From Solirubrobacteraceae bacterium (lineage in GTDB: Bacteria; Actinomycetota; Thermoleophilia; Solirubrobacterales; Solirubrobacteraceae): 64,000 bases of DNA. The DNA lies in contig JBAQGH010000072.1 of assembly GCA_049287685.1 (NCBI GenBank), positions 2,821-66,820 on the forward strand. Reading direction: 5' to 3'. The translations under genes and the position numbers were made by a program. The notes beneath the pieces are model-generated. The model was not told where the DNA came from. It was given only the letters and a program-made list of their open reading frames with translations, and made no database searches. Below, in pieces: positions 63,933 through 64,000 of the stretch (position 1 is its first letter; every line of letters begins with the position of its first letter).

Positions 63933-64000
63933 GCTCGGCTTCTGCGGAATGGATCAGTTGGATGCGCGACTACTCCACCCGCATCACCCTCGTCCAACCG

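Overview
The window is high-GC, gene-dense chromosomal DNA with an Actinomycetota-like gene set: PAC2, a fused PafBC, CIRCE-controlled groES/groEL, Lhr, an F420-type PPOX protein and a DUF2342 metalloprotease. All protein calls come from motifs I recognise in the supplied translations; I ran no searches. Most of the window is housekeeping. It includes alaS, an archaeal-type aspS, groES/groEL, citrate synthase, fdxA, mrp, rmlA/B/D, xthA, ohr and a beta-carbonic anhydrase. A roughly 10-kb minus-strand operon (28.8-39.1 kb) encodes an amine or guanidino-compound catabolic pathway. It combines a PotABCD-like importer, an agmatinase-family ureohydrolase, an M24 hydrolase, an aldehyde dehydrogenase, a class-III aminotransferase and an FAD oxidase, with a divergent IclR regulator. 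The clearest accessory region is a 3.4-kb integrase/excisionase/RelE-antitoxin islet at 53.67-57.11 kb. It sits in the 3' end of a tRNA gene and is bounded by 46-bp direct repeats. Three features there deserve a second look. (1) The target tRNA has a fully canonical core but carries a 23-nt C(UUCG)G-capped hairpin inserted in its D-loop, and the only mismatch between the two att copies falls on anticodon position 36. (2) A roughly 270-nt hairpin-dense non-coding segment lies between the toxin gene and xis. (3) A G-depleted CA-rich tract with heptamer repeats lies between xis and int. Other observations include a helicase-less UvrD-C/PD-(D/E)XK nuclease remnant, two AT-rich sequence motifs each shared by distant upstream regions, two OB+HD (YhaM-like) paralogs each beside a PAC2 or PafBC gene, and several domain fusions. 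I found no CRISPR array, rRNA or transposase. I cannot demonstrate a complete novel multi-gene system from sequence alone.
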